Positions 26,548-41,107 are shown, counted from the first letter of the stretch. The stretch is 64,000 nt of DNA from Eledone cirrhosa (GCA_964016885.1 OZ024740.1:282968001-283032000), one strand, 5' to 3'. The notes: a model not told the origin generated them from the letters alone. Translations and numbers: made by a program.

Positions 26548-26790
26548 TCCTTATACATCGGACAAACGGGTGCTAATTGGCGGGCCGTTTTGCTGAACAT
26601 TTGAGGGACATAAGACTCGGTTTGGATACTGCCGTCGCTCGTGATTTCCGTTTTCCTGGTCACTCTTCCTTATATGTCTCAGTCCTGGGTGTCCTTTTAC
26701 ATCACGCATCACAGGCCTCGCGCACCAGGACTGAACAGTGTCTGATTTACCGCCTTGGGTCCTGTTTCTCAACTACCCTGCCCAACTTCT
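26548..26790 (+). mobile_element. PLE GIY-YIG endonuclease C-terminal fragment (Neptune/Poseidon-like)
   Basis: LYIGQTG, then after a frameshift RFAEHLRDIR...VARDFRFPGHS...VLG...EQCLIYRLG. Confidence 0.8.
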
Positions 26791-27182
26791 TTAATACCCG
26801 GTTCGTTATCAAACACGCGCTTGTACATTCACAAAGACGTAAAATAAGAAAATTATAAAAATTAACTTACTAAAATATATTAACCTCGATGTCACGTGAT
26901 TGATTCTTTTGAATTTGCCACCGACCAAGTAGGCAGTGATTTTTTTCAATGTCTTGGAATTTAGTCCACGCTTGCTTTTTTCCATCCACTGAATTATTTG
27001 TGTATAAGTTCCCTGTGTGCAGGCATCGCCTGGGAACTTAGCTGAGAACAGACTTCCTGATGACGAAAAGCTTTCTCCATGTGTTCCATTCGGAAACCAT
27101 GTTTATTCCCTTTCAGAAACTAATTAGTTGGAGTGAAATTTTAGTAAGTAAGTTAATTTTTATCATTTTATTATTTTACGTC

Positions 27183-27219
<37 letters not shown>

Positions 27220-27428
27220 ATATTAACAAATGGAAACTATATTTATAAAACAATATTTATTTCATTATACATATTTCAAGGGCCACCAAGGCAAATTATG
27301 GTGCGCATTCGTCAGATAAAATATAATATAGCTTGGAATCTCCTGGATATTTACTCCAATAATTTGTTGAGTGCTTTATATCAGTTATAAAAATATTTTG
27401 CTTGTTGTATCCCAACAAATTAAATATA

Positions 27429-27514
<86 letters not shown>

Positions 27515-27523
27515 ATATATCCG

Positions 27524-27566
27524 TTCTTACCTGATGACCCTGTGGTAGAGAGGGGAAAGTCAAGAA
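27524..27566 (+). ncRNA. Degenerate hammerhead-like motif (stem III largely missing)
   Basis: ttcttac-CTGATGA-ccct...aggg-GAAA-gtc-aagaa. AATAAA follows, and the motif lies between microsatellites. Confidence 0.45.
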
Positions 27567-27628
27567 TAACAAGACTCGTTATTCAGCGTTAATAAAATGA
27601 ATACAAACATACACACACACACACACAC

Positions 27629-27659
<31 letters not shown>

Positions 27660-27845
27660 CTGAGAGAGAGAGAGTAAGAAATAGATATAATTAGTGTAGA
27701 ATTTATACACAATTATTTTTGGTAAAATGCGTTAAGCTCATGCGTTATTAGAATCGACAGTATGTAGGAATCAAAGCCAGAGGTTTACTCCAAAGTGTTA
27801 AGATTGATTAATTGATTGATTCTATGTATTGGCACTGCATATATT

Positions 27846-27910
<65 letters not shown>

Positions 27911-28114
27911 TGGTGCGTGCCGAGAACAAGAGAAAACGCTCGCTGCAAAATAGAGCTAATTTATTAATATTCGTACACAAGAAATTCATTGCACAGCCTT
28001 CTGTTTCCTGGTCTGACAATCTTCCAATACATGCATCAATGCTTGTTAACCATGTTTTCGGCTGACACACATCGATTGCACTTATGTAAGATTTTCAGAC
28101 CATTAATGATAATA

Positions 28115-28740
28115 ATAAGGATTTCTACTATAGGAACAAGGCCAGCAATTTGGCGAAAGGGAAATTCGATTAAAACGACGCCAGTGCGTTACTGGAGCTT
28201 TATCTTATGGAACTCGTAAGGATGAAAGGCAAAGCTAACCTCGGTGGAATTTGAACGCAGAATGTAAAGAGCTATAAGTCTATGTCGCGAAGCATGTTGT
28301 CCGGCGCTCTACGGATACTGCCAAATAATAATAATTCTTTCTACTTTTGGCACAAGGCCAGCAATTAACCCAGTGTATTACTGGTACTTTATTTTATCGA
28401 CCCCATAAGGATGAAAGGCAAAGTTAACCTCGGCGGCATTTGAACTCAGACCATAAAGGGCCGTAACTCTTTACTGAAAACATGGCGTCCGACCCTCTAC
28501 CGATACTCCCAATCCACAAATAATAATGGTTTCTTAAATAGGCACAAGGCCAGCGATTTGGGGGGAAGGGAAAGTCGATGAAATCGACCCCAGCGCGTGC
28601 CTGGTACTTTATTTTATCGACCCCTTAAGGATGAAAGGCAAAGTTAACCTCGGCGGGATTTGAACTCAGACCATATAGGGCCGTAACTCTTTGCTGCAAA
28701 CATGGCGTCCGACCCTCTACCGATACTGCCAATCCACAAA
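28115..28740 (-). mobile_element. Three adjacent SINE copies of differing subfamily or age
   Basis: Three repeats of acaaggccagc...aaggatgaaaggcaaag...tgaac...ccaatccac joined by (AAT)n tails. Confidence 0.88.
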
Positions 28741-28764
28741 TAATAATAATAATAATAATGGGTT

Positions 28765-28804
<40 letters not shown>

Positions 28805-28935
28805 ATGCGTGTGTTTGTGTGTGTGTATGCGCATGTGTATATATATATATATATGCGCGTGTATGTTTGTGTGTGTGTGTGTGTACCATGTCTGTTGAGA
28901 TTGTTGTTTATCCATGTGTCACTCTTTTTTCTTGA

Positions 28936-29235
<300 letters not shown>

Positions 29236-29958
29236 TGTATGCGTGTGTTTGTGTGTGTATGCGCATGTGTGTTGTAGGTGCATGTGCTCGCGCGCGTGCG
29301 CGTGAGTGTATGTGTGTGAGGTTTAGAAAAAGTGCTAACCAAATATATCAATTAATTCGAAGACATATTTTTCGATAATTATTTAGATTAATGCAGATAA
29401 ATTGGTTCATGATTAATTTTGAACTAGTTGCATTATTGATATAAAAAACATAATGATTATACAGCATTTCATCTTTATAATCTCATCAGGAAATACAATT
29501 TATCAAAATCGAAGTGTCAATTTATATTGACAGAAATACTAGAAAACCCTCGGACGAACTAATAGATAGACAGTGAATATACTCTAACTGAATTAAGCTG
29601 TAATTGCAAAGAATAAATTTAACTGTATGCATGATGTTAATTCTGGAGGTTATGAATTTAAAATTCGCTCCGTTTTTGAATCTGTTAAGAAATACTTTCA
29701 AAACAGATTTATTTCAAAATCGGTGAGAAAGAGAAAATTGTGGTCATCGACTTCTCGCACCCATAATTATTGGATTACTTGGAAATATTACTAAACTAGA
29801 CCACCCATGACCCGTTCACTTCAAAATATTTTTTTTAAATCATGTTCACTTAAAAATAATTTTTAAATAATTCCAATATACACAGACATGTATATATATA
29901 TATATATATAAATGTGTGTCTAAATGTATATATTTATGTGATATGTATGTGTGCGTGT

Positions 29959-29991
<33 letters not shown>

Positions 29992-30057
29992 TAAATGAAG
30001 TATTACCGTCGGAAAGGTAAAGGAAAAGAGAGTGTTCTATGTAGGTTACAGAGCTTC

Positions 30058-30185
30058 TTAGTTATGTAATAAACAACATAAGATAATTAATTCATTTACC
30101 AATGGTTTATTGACGACAGACATAAGTATATGTCTTCAAGAAACCATTGGTAAATGAATTAATTATCTTATGTTGTTTATTACAG

Positions 30186-30190
<5 letters not shown>
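30058..30190. repeat. ~130 bp hairpin palindrome centred on a hammerhead-like stem II
   Basis: Arms 30065-30108 and 30141-30184 are exact reverse complements. Centre reads ttgacga-cagacata-agta-tatgtcttcaa-GAAAC-cattgGTA. Confidence 0.85.
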
Positions 30191-30219
<29 letters not shown>

Positions 30220-30337
30220 AGGTTGCTAGGATGCGTCCATAGGCGGTATGCCGGTTGAACAATCGATGCCCCTTCGGAGCAGAGTATGATAATATGGAAA
30301 ATGAAGTATCAGTGATGCATCGGAACACAAATTTATT

Positions 30338-30430
30338 ACGTATTACAAATGTTTCTCCAGCGAACTGCTTGCGGTGATATCTGTTTATGGATCGAAGCTG
30401 ATTCTGGATTCGCAAGTTCCTCAGATACGT
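30338..30430 (-). ncRNA. Family C hammerhead (minus strand)
   Basis: acgtat-CTGAGGA-acttgcgaa...ttcgctgga-GAAAC-attt-GTA-atacgt. Perfect 6-bp stem I. Confidence 0.72.
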
Positions 30431-30469
30431 CTAGTGATTTCGAAAGAGGATTTGCTTCAAAATCACTAG

Positions 30470-30561
30470 ACGTATCTGAGAAACCTGCGAATCCAGAGTC
30501 AGGTTCGATCCACAAACAGTCGCAGCTCGAGCTGTTCGCCCGAGAAACATTTGTAATACGT
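30470..30561 (+). ncRNA. Family C hammerhead (plus strand; G8A substitution)
   Basis: acgtat-CTGAGAA-acctgcgaa...ttcgcccga-GAAAC-attt-GTA-atacgt-AATAAA. Confidence 0.62.
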
Positions 30562-30612
30562 AATAAATTTGTGTTCCGATGCATCACTGATTCTTCGTTT
30601 TTCATATATATA

Positions 30613-30945
30613 TGGAGGCACATGGCTTAGTGGTTAGAGCATTGGCCTTGCAATCGAAAGGTTGTGAGTTCAATTCTCAGACCGGGTGATGTGTTGTTTC
30701 CTTGAGCAAGACACTTTATTTCACATTGCTCCAGTTTACTCAGCTGTAGAAATGAGATGATAGGGACTGGAGTCCATATCATTCCACTGCAAAGTGGTCG
30801 TGGAGGTGCCACGGCAAAAAAGCACCCAGCACTCACTGTAAATGCGGTTGGTGTTAGGAAGGGCATCCAGCTGTAGAAATCAAGCCAGAATCAGTTCCCG
30901 TCCCACCCTTGCTAGCAGGGAAAAGCGGACGTATAATGAAATGTT
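30613..30945 (+). mobile_element. tRNA-derived SINE, second family (CORE-like body, LINE-like tail)
   Basis: A box TGGCTTAGTGG, B box GAGTTCAATTC, ccttgagcaagacacttt, tail ggttggtgttaggaagggcatccagctgtagaaa. Confidence 0.88.
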
Positions 30946-32235
30946 GATATATATATAGCAGTGTGTGTGATCTATATGCACTGGTCACACACACGCGTAT
31001 GCACACACATATATATATATATATATACACACACGCATACACACACATATATGTATATATATATACACACAACACACAATGCCACCAGCTCTCTTCCATT
31101 CTCTTTCTCTCTCTATGTCTCTCTTTCAATCTACCATGTCACAACCACTATCTCTTTCTCTCTATCTTTCTCTCTATTTGTTTATGAAGGTACCCAGAAA
31201 AAAACCCATATCTCGGGAACCCGTGGTGCGATTTATGCGAAATTTGTTTTATTCCATTTGTATTCCCATTTCAGGGTAAACTTCCTTTCAAAGTATTTCC
31301 CCATTATGCGACCTATTGGCTGACAAACAAGCAAGCAAGCAATCACAGACTTTTAGTATTATATAGATATTTAAGTAGCAATTTCTAAAAGATGTACAAA
31401 TAATTATTTTTAAATGATTTGTTAGAGGAACAGTAAAAATAAAGATGGTTCCGAAAAGTTAGAATTTTGTTTCACCGCTGTTATGTAAAATCGAGTGATG
31501 CCCTTTGGTTAAGTATTCCTTGTTTATAGGAGGAATTTGAAGGATTACAAGAGAAATACATAGAGGCACACACACATGCCTACATACACAATACATATAT
31601 TCATACACACACACATGTGTATGTATATTTTATATATATGAGTGTGTGTGTGTGTGTATGTGTGTGTGTGTGTGTCTGTGTGTTTGTGTTTGTGTGTGTG
31701 TGAAAGAGAGAGTGAGAGAGAGAGAGACAGAAAGAAAGAGAGAGAGAGTATGTGTGCATGTGAGTATGCACACATAATATTTATTGAATTATATATATAG
31801 ACAAAATGACAAAATGTAAATTTTTCGTATGAAATTTTATAGGTATCCATTAAAAAATAATTTATTATAATCATTTTATTCATTGTACAATGAATTTTCC
31901 AAGGCCTCGAGCTATTTTTTTGTATTTTTAACTATATAAGTGCGGAATTTATTTAATTTATTTAAATTTATTTGAATTGCTATTCATTTATTGAAATTTC
32001 AATTAATTGCTAACCATAATAAAATCATTTTGATAGCAAATTCACATCGCACAAGTGTTTGAATGAAAACTGTTCTAGGAATCTTGTGTACATGGTGTGA
32101 GAAATGTGTATTTAAATGCTTCTACGTGTAACTATGGCTACGCATGTCTCTGTTCTTGTAGCCTGTGAGTGTGTATGTTAAGTCATTATGTATATACTAG
32201 TTGGCCCCGCGCCGTCAAAAATGAAGGCTTTACAT

Positions 32236-32412
32236 AATTGTTTCTACTTTAGGCACAAGGCCAGCAATTATCCAGTACATTACTGGTACTTTATTTTATC
32301 GACCCCGTAAGGATGAAAGGCAAAGTCAACCTCGGCGGGATTTGAACTCAGATTGTAAAGGGACGTAACTATGTTGGAAAGCATGGCGTCCGACCCTCTA
32401 CCGATACTGCCA
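32236..32412 (-). mobile_element. tRNA-derived SINE (main family)
   Basis: Near-identical to the 20708 copies. Confidence 0.9.
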
Positions 32413-33023
32413 AGGAAAGAGAGATGTTTGTCGGTGGGTTACTTCATGCTCCTCACACAAGTGATACAAACATACTAACACACAGCTGTGACGAATCTTA
32501 AAATGCTGGACTTCTATAGTCCACCCCTCTTCCTCTGTCATCTCATAGATATGTGTGCATTAGACACCCTTCCTTCTTCAGTCGACATAGTCACCCCTTC
32601 CTTCCTCAGTCAACTCTAGTGTGTAACGGACAATGCTATTATATTAGTAGATGGTTTAACCAAATCTTCAGTAATCGATTGAATCTGGAGAGTGTGAGCA
32701 TACTTTTGCTGTTTATTTACAAGAAACGACTATTTCTATGCATAATCCTTCTTATTACGACGATGGATATAACTGGGAATTTATATCCCATACACAAGCA
32801 TGTGATAAACGCAATTAATCCAAACCAGAAGTTAAATAGTTATAGCCCTACTATCAAGTGACTGACAACAACATTTTTACAAAACATGAAATTAGGGCTG
32901 GTGGAATACATAAACTGACACAAACGTTTGTGCAGAGATGTGAATGACTATATACACGCACACACACATGCATATATATATATGTGTGCGCGTGTGTGTG
33001 TGTATATATATATATATATGTGC

Positions 33024-33072
<49 letters not shown>

Positions 33073-33559
33073 TGTGTGTGTGTAGTGGTAAAAAACTGGG
33101 AGGTATATCCAGTTTGTGGAGCACTCTGTCCAAAGGACGAATTCGTTATAAAGTTAGTTTCACAACAATTAAGCAACCATAGTCAGGGGCGGGGGGGGGG
33201 GGGGGGGGCAACATTTGAAGAACTATTGTTTGTGTTATTTCAGTTCTGGTTAAAATTCTGGGTCCTTCCAGTTACGTAACAGAAAACTTGCTATGTGGGG
33301 GCAATGATTACAATAATCGACTCTCGTGTTAAGGCAAATACTGTTACGTAACCTCTGCTAGATATTCATTCTTTTATCTATACACAACTTACAGGACACT
33401 GCTCAATTTCCGTATAGCATGGATTTCGTTAGAAATTCCCATTGACTGGAGAAATTCACGTCCGTATCCTTGAATGACCATACGTGGTTTATCAACTTCG
33501 TGGGCTATCGCTTATCAAAGTGTCTAAAGGTCGTCTAATTCAAAATGTAGTTTCTGCAA

Positions 33560-34370
33560 CAGAAATATTGAAAGAGTCGATCATCTAATATCCACGTGCA
33601 CCACCTTACAAAAACAGACATGACAGATTAAGGCAGTACACCGACTGGAAACATTATAAATGTTATGGAAAAGAAACAACCAAAAATTGGTATCAACACC
33701 ATTCAGAATAGGTAACAAATTGGTAATTTCATAATACTGTGGGATTTCACAATACACACTGACAGAACAATCAAAGCCAGTAAAGTATATATAAGAAAAT
33801 ATAAAAGCAACAAGATGGGCTTGAGGAGAGACATGGCAGTACCTGCTGATTGCAATGTGCCTTTTAAAATAATTGATATAAGTTCAAAGTAGAAGGGTCT
33901 TAAAATAGTCTCTTGTCTACTCTAAAGTCAGTTTCAAGCCAGGAGGCTTGTCACATTGGTGTTTATCTCGGTTTAGGAACGTGAAGCGACTGAGAATACA
34001 AGACATCCCTCTGGACAACACATCAAGCTATCGGCCTGTTAAAGTCCCAGATATTGCTGGCACTCATTTTCAGCAGAGTATACTAGAGCAAAGTGAAATG
34101 ATGTCTTTTTCTCAAGAAGACAACACTCAATACAGCGCAGGAATCGAACCTACGACATTATGATCGTAAGTACAACAGCATTATCATTGGAACATGTGCC
34201 TCTTGAAATGAAGAAGTAAAAAATGTGAAGTACGAAAGCGATCACTATTCCAGTTATAGCTGGGGCACTGGGCTTGATAAAGAAGTTAACAAACCCTTGG
34301 ATAATATACCAGTTAAAACCTGTGTAGAAGACATTCATAAAACCATTCTAAATTTGGCAAAGAGCATAGT
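33560..34370 (+). mobile_element. RLE-type (R4/NeSL-like) LINE C-terminus, interrupted by a minus-strand SINE (~33945-34200)
   Basis: NRHD, ILWDFTIHTDRTIKA, ITIPVIAGALGLI peptide remnants. Confidence 0.7.
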
Positions 34371-35244
34371 TAGTAAACCATGGTGTATCTTATTTGTAAC
34401 ATCTATGACCGAATGTTTGTAATTTATCCATTATATTCTACATTTAATTCTGGTTTGAAATGTGCATACATTTGTAAAAAGAATGTATACACTGTAAGCG
34501 TTATAGATACACGCATACATGCACATGATTTTACTGACTATATATAGCTGCAAATATTGTATATAAAGCTTTTGAATATATGAATATTCTCTCTTGGATT
34601 GTGTCTATATGTGAGTATGGGATGCATTGTTTTTTGCTTTCTCAAACACAACAAAATGCCATCAATTATCTATGGCGCTGTGAAAATATGCATGATAGTA
34701 TATATATATATATATATAATTGGAGGCTTAGTAAAAGCGAATCTTTGGCGGTGTGCAAGCAAATTCCACTTACGATATGAATGAGTTAGCAAAGCATTCG
34801 ATAAGGGTAGGTCCTTAGAGTAATAACATACGTTTAAATAGGTTGACAAATTGAACATTGTGGTAGGCAAAATCTAACACAAAATACCAAAGTAACGAAA
34901 GAACTAACAGGTTGAAAAAATACACCTGGACAAATCAAACGTTATATGTTTAAAGTGGATCCGAAATCAAATATCAGACTTACGTAACTGGCAATATATA
35001 TATATATTTATATATATAGGACGAAACATTGTCGGCTAATAAAGACTTTTGATCTATTGAAGGCTTCTTTGTTTTACTTTCTTAATTCTTCGGCTCTGTT
35101 TAACTACATTGAGCTATACCTTTTACTGTCATTTCTATAATACGAAGAGGGTGTTTAACTCCAACACGCTCCTGTATTTTAACCCTTATATATATTTATA
35201 TATATGTATATATATATACATGTATATATGTATATGTATATGTA

Positions 35245-35285
<41 letters not shown>

Positions 35286-35420
35286 TCGAATGCCTTCTGC
35301 ACACACACATGCACACCCCTACCTATGCATATGTATATATATATGTACAAGTGTATGTATGTGTGTCTATAACACATACATGTTTCTATATATAAACACA
35401 CACACTCACACACACATATC

Positions 35421-35481
<61 letters not shown>

Positions 35482-35949
35482 TGTGTGTTTGCATGTGCGT
35501 AAGCACATAGACATTTAAGCGCCTGTGCAAATGCGCACATTAATTTTTTAGCTAGAGGATATTTACAATATAAGTGTCTTATCTGGAAAACATGGTATGC
35601 ATTCACAGCTACACATTCATGTGTACGTTTGTAAAACTTGAGCATCATTCAATCTGTGTGTGAACAAAAGTATACACACACATACACATGATTTTATCAC
35701 ACCATATTCTCTCATTCTAACTTTCACGTTAATAAATTGAAAGACTTACACCGAGTCTCAAAAATTCAAATATTTTTAAGCCTAGGGGATTATAAATTTT
35801 AATTTAAGTAATACCATTTTTATGAGGCCATTTGGGTAAGATCAAACAGCAGAACTTTGAAGATATTTTAAAGTACATTACATATAAACACATACATACT
35901 CATACATATATATATATAAACATTTACACAGACATAACGCATAGACACT

Positions 35950-36035
<86 letters not shown>

Positions 36036-36627
36036 AGGGAATTATACACAGGACAATACACACGATAGGTTATCGCTTCATATAGTTTCAAAGTCTTAAC
36101 CTTTCGGACACTAGTCCATCGTAGAAAGAGAAAAGAGAGTATAGATGTATAGGAAAGAAACGAAAGTGATGACGCACTTGAGCAAAAAGGAAAACATAAA
36201 AAATAGATAAGACATATGTTATTCAGCCATCTTGGTAAAGCATATTAGAATGAGTTTATCTGCATGCATTCAAGTATATGTGTGCGGGTGTTTATGCTCC
36301 GACGAATACATATATGTATATATACACACACACAGTCGTTAAGATGTCGGATAGAATGAATTACGGTATTCGTCGAACCACATTGCGCGCACTGACTTCA
36401 AATCACGCCATGGCCAAATTTGCCTTTCATACTTTCGAGGTCGATGAAAAAGTACCAGTCTAGTACTGGTGTCGATTATTCCTCTACAGAAAAAAATCGG
36501 CTGTGTTCAACGCTGGAGAGGGTTGGGTTTCCGCCAGGTTTAAAATTGCCCTAGATACGCCGTATAACGGTACCTCTACGACTCCAAAGGGAGTTCTGCG
36601 ATCTTTATCCTTATCCTATATATATAT

Positions 36628-36699
<72 letters not shown>

Positions 36700-36890
36700 A
36701 CGTGAATTTGTATATTTGGCGATATAGGGTATGTTTATAAATGAACATTTTGAAAGCAATTAGCTATAAATTTGAAAACTAATGGCTTTAAGCCAGCTGG
36801 TGTGATCCAATGCAAGCTAAGGACGGGCAGCTAGCGATTATGACGTCATACAAAGCTATATTAGTATCAATGACTTCATATATATATATT

Positions 36891-36936
<46 letters not shown>

Positions 36937-36964
36937 AAGTCATTGATACTAATATAGCTTTATA

Positions 36965-37072
36965 TGCTCCGAAGAACTGACTGGTTATAATTTTGTATTG
37001 GCGATCGAGCAACGTGAAAACAAGCGAATAGCGATCTCTAGACCTACCAGTTCAGAGAAACAATTGTCAGCA
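36965..37072 (+). ncRNA. Family D hammerhead (U4C substitution)
   Basis: tgct-CCGAAGA-actgactgg...ccagttcaga-GAAAC-aatt-GTC-agca. Confidence 0.6.
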
Positions 37073-37124
37073 ATGAGATTAAAAACCTTTTTTGTATTGC
37101 AAACCATGTCAATCTTCTTTCCTG

Positions 37125-37176
<52 letters not shown>

Positions 37177-37177
<1 letters not shown>

Positions 37178-37705
37178 AACGGAAAAAATGAAACGAAATT
37201 TCATTTTTCACTCTTAGTACGACTGTTACTTAAATATAAGTATGTATACGTACATACATATATGTATACAGACGTACAGTAGTATATATATATACATACA
37301 TGCACACATATATACATGTACGAATGGATTTACCGAACATGTATTATAATGCTCGGTTTGTTTGTAAACAAACAAACATCCCGAATTAAGCCGTACAGTG
37401 TTTAGCAACCATCGTTCCTCTTTTGTTCAACACTGACAAAGAACGCTGAACTAGTTTCAAGCTTATTAGCTATCGTCAGCACCGTATACCTTCCTGCCAG
37501 ATGGTTGAACGTCTGAAAGTATATACGATGGTTGCTAAACACTGTACGGCTTAACTCGGGATATTTGTTTGTTTACAAACAAACCGAGCATTATAATAAA
37601 TGTTCGGTAAATCCATACGTACATGTATATATGTGTGCATGTATGTATATATATACATACTACTGTACGTCTGTATACATATATGTATGTACGTATACGT
37701 ACTTA
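37177..37705 (-). mobile_element. Retrozyme-like family A copy with 5' inversion; hammerhead at 37443-37485
   Basis: Minus strand reads cggtg-CTGACGA-tagctaataagctt-GAAAC-ta-GTT-cagcg. 37527-37705 inverts ~37235-37415. (TA)n on both sides. Confidence 0.85.
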
Positions 37706-37821
37706 TATATATATATACACACATAAACATATATATATATATACATATATATACATACACATATATATACATATATACATATATATGTATATACATATAT
37801 ATATACATATACACACATATA

Positions 37822-37886
<65 letters not shown>

Positions 37887-38019
37887 TTCGTTTCTGAATT
37901 TGTTTAGCAAGATTCTTTATCTGAAATCGTGTGTTGAAACCGATATTGTTATACTTTGGGAGGGTCATGTTGCCAATAAGAAACACACGCACCAGTTGCA
38001 TTCACTTCAATTTATTATA

Positions 38020-38602
38020 TATTTATAAATTTATAAATTTACAAATCTACAAATTTATAAATTTCTGGTTGGTTGGTTGGTTGGTTCCACAACCAGATAG
38101 TTGTTTATATATAGTCATAGTCCTTTCGTCACACACTCTGTGATCTCTTCAGTGACTGGGGATTCCTTCTTTGTTTCTGTGCCTTTCCTTTCTTCTGTCC
38201 TACGCCATTTTGTTTCTGTGTGTGTGTTGTGTGCTCAGTTTGCGCATGCGCCACATCCGGGTGTCTGTGTGTGTTTGTGTTCATTTATCTATTTGTTTAT
38301 TTATTTACGTGTTATTGGTTGGTTGTTTGTTCTATGTGTGTGTGTGTTTTCATTTTGTCCTTAATTGTAAGTTGTGATGTTGCTGTTCCACTCATATTTT
38401 CTATTTAATTTTGGTTGTAATTCTTTTATGTTTATTGCCTCTGTTATTTGTCTAAACATTGCATCTTTTCTGTGTGTAGATTCTATTTTTATTTCTATGT
38501 TCTCTAATTTACCCTTGTGTTCTATCTTAGCATGTTGGTAGAGTACAGATGATTCTTTATTATCTTGAAGGTCTCGCCAGTGTTCATTTTGGAAGGGATA
38601 AA
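38020..38602 (-). mobile_element. 3' end of a PLE: GIY-YIG C-terminus plus ribozyme-bearing 3' UTR
   Basis: EHWRDL...SVLYQH...H.G...AMFRQITEAINI...LNRKYEW in ORF 38361-38630. Confidence 0.8.
38113..38157 (-). ncRNA. Minimal type I hammerhead in a PLE pLTR
   Basis: agtca-CTGAAGA-gatcaca..tgtgac-GAAAG-ga-CTA-tgact. Confidence 0.8.
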
Positions 38603-41107
38603 TGAACACTGGCGAACACCACACAAGCACACAACATCCTGCTTGTTTTGGGGGACTTCAATGCACATCTGAATAAGGAGGGCAGTGAAGATCCTTGGTG
38701 GTACTTCCATAACAACACCAACCGAAATTGAAAACTACTGAGAGACACCCTGCTGGAGGCGAACTTGATAGCGACTAACCTAAGGTTTAGGAAGAATCTG
38801 GGGAAGATGTGGACCTACATCTCAGATATGTACCTGTCCAAGTCCCAGATTGATTTCATCCTGGTGAGGAAAAAGTGGAGAAATAGTGTTCTGAACACAG
38901 AACCATACAACTATTTGAGTACACTGGGTAGTGACCACCGGCTTGTTATGAGTGAGGTCCGGGTGAGCTTAAGAAAGAGCAAGGCTCAGCCCCGGAGAGC
39001 AATCTATGACTGGGGAGCTTTCAAGGAAGATGATAAGCTACAGGAGAGGTTCACAGTGGAAGTGAGGAACAGGTTCAGTGCTCTGTGTGAAGAGACAGAG
39101 GAGAGAGAGATTGGATGGACTGAGGAGAGTGTGACGAGGAGGTACGGGCACTTCACCAATGCAGCGGCAGAAGCAAGTGAGACCCTGGTGCCGAGGAGAA
39201 AGAACAAAAGGAAGCACGTCAGCTCTGCAGACCCAAAACTGTGTGCAGCCAGAAACACCTGAAAGCTTCCAAGGACCAATTCTATGCTGATCCTACGGAG
39301 GAAAGGATGAAAACTGTGGAGGTGATGAGGGAAGAACTCCGTACTGCTTACACTGAGGCCAGAGAGGAGGCACTGATAGAGACGATCAGAAGTGTGGAGA
39401 GAGCAGCTGACAGGTCTGGATGTAAGGAGAGCTGGATGATCATCAACGAGATCACAGGGAGGAAGAGAAGGTGTTCGAGTCAGATCCAGGGAACAATACC
39501 CGAGGATAGGAAGAGGAAATGGCTAGACCATTTTAGGACCCTACTAGGAGAGCCACCCTCCACAGCCCAAAGCACTGGGGAGATCAGGCGGCTATTTGAA
39601 GAACTGAATATTGAGACAGAGCTCTTCACCAGAGAGGAGCTTCAGAGAGCCAAGAAGAAGATCAAGGGGGGAAAGGCTCATGGAGAAGATGGAGTAGCAT
39701 CAGAGGTGATGAAGAGGTGTGATTTTGATGATATCATCCTGGGGTTCTGTAACCAGGCACTAGAGAAAGGAGTTGCCCCGAATCAGTGGAGGATCAGTAA
39801 CATCGTCCTAGTGCCAAGGAAGAGAGATCTCTCTAACACCAACAACTACAGGGGGATCTCACTGACGTCACTTGTGGCAAAGACCCTCAACAAGATGATT
39901 CTTAACAGGATGCATCGTAAGATGGAGAAGAAGCTCAGGGACAACCAGAACGGCTTCAGAGAGGGAAGATCAACCACCAGTCACATCCTGATGCTGAGGA
40001 GGATATTAGAGGGAGCTAGAGCAAAGTGCTTTCCAGCGGTCATGGTTTTCACTGACTTTAGGAAGGCCTTTGATTCTGTGGACCGTCACTGCCTGATGAA
40101 GATCTTACAGGCTTATGGAATCCCCAAGAAGATAGTGAACCTGATATCACTGCTCTACACCAACACCAAAGCCCAAGTCATTACACCTGATGGGATGACA
40201 GAGTTATTTGAGATACTGGCTGGAGTGCTCCAGGGTGATACATTGGCTCCCTACCTTTTTATCATCGTAGTGGACTATTGTATGCGCCTTGCACTGGAGA
40301 AACACCAGGACTCTGGCTTTACTGTAGCACCGGCTCAGAGCAGGAGAGTTAAGGCGAAAAAGATATCAGATGCTCAATTTGCCGACGACATGGCTTTGGT
40401 GTCAAATACAGTGAAGGAGGCAGAGGATTTGAAGCAGGAGACTGAGACTGTGTCGATGAGTGTGGGGCTGAAAATGAATGAGACTAAAACAAAATATCTG
40501 GTAGAGAATGTTGAGAAGCCAGAGGGGATCACTAATGTAGGCGGGAAGCCGCTAGAATTGGTTGAGAACTTCATGTATTTGGGAGCAAAGATTGGGAATA
40601 CGGAAGATGATGTGGTTGAGAGGAAGAGCAAAGCCTGGGCGGCGTGCCACAGCTTGAGATCGGTGTGGAAGTCGGACCTTCGTAAAGACCTGAAAATAAG
40701 ATTCTTCATTGCTGTAGTGGAGTCTGTGCTGCTGTACGGGTCTGAGACTTGGACACTGACCAAGAAACTCACTCAGATGGTGGATGGGTGCTACACGAGA
40801 ATGCTCTGAATATTAATCAGTATACACTGCGGATGAAAAACTCAAAGCTGTATGGGAGCCTCCCAAAAGTCAGCTCAAAAGTAACACAGAGGAGACTGAG
40901 GTTAGCTGGACATGCTCACCGACATCCAGAGTTGACATTGCACTCAATGCTCCTGTGGGAGCCCCTACATGGACACACTGGAAGAGGAAGACCACATTAG
41001 TGTCTGCACTAATCTGTTGGAGACGCAGGACATGGCAGCGATAATGAGGGACAGAGACCGCTGGAGATAACTCGTCCATGGGTCTCGAGAATTTTACCCG
41101 CCCTAGA

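Larger units (their letters stand above)
30292..30607. repeat. ~315 bp imperfect palindrome of family C with one hammerhead on each strand
   Basis: Arms pair around a loop at ~30444-30455. Confidence 0.9.
29796..31369 (+). mobile_element. Helentron/HINE-like non-autonomous element with nested insertions; sister copy at 44262-45122
   Basis: Both copies share the 5' end actagacca..tgacccg...ttcacttaaaa and the 3' end atctcgggaacccgtg...caagcaagcaatcacagacttttagta.tatatagat. Confidence 0.65.

Noticed and set aside
27050-27115. CTGATGA-cgaa...ttcg-GAAAC hammerhead candidate downstream of the PLE fragment
   Set aside because: No stem I pairing found; at best a decayed remnant.
29455-29497. Minus-strand CTGATGA...GAAAT motif; similar weak remnants at ~8200 and ~36100
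   Set aside because: Stems I/II or the core are not supported.
30613-30690. tRNA gene
   Set aside because: A/B boxes continue into a SINE body and tail with no Pol III terminator or clean cloverleaf.
32079-32164. Possible Cys-rich exon ESCVHGVRNVYLNASTCNYGYACLCSCS with gtgagt donor
   Set aside because: Weak acceptor, and TG-rich composition explains the cysteines.
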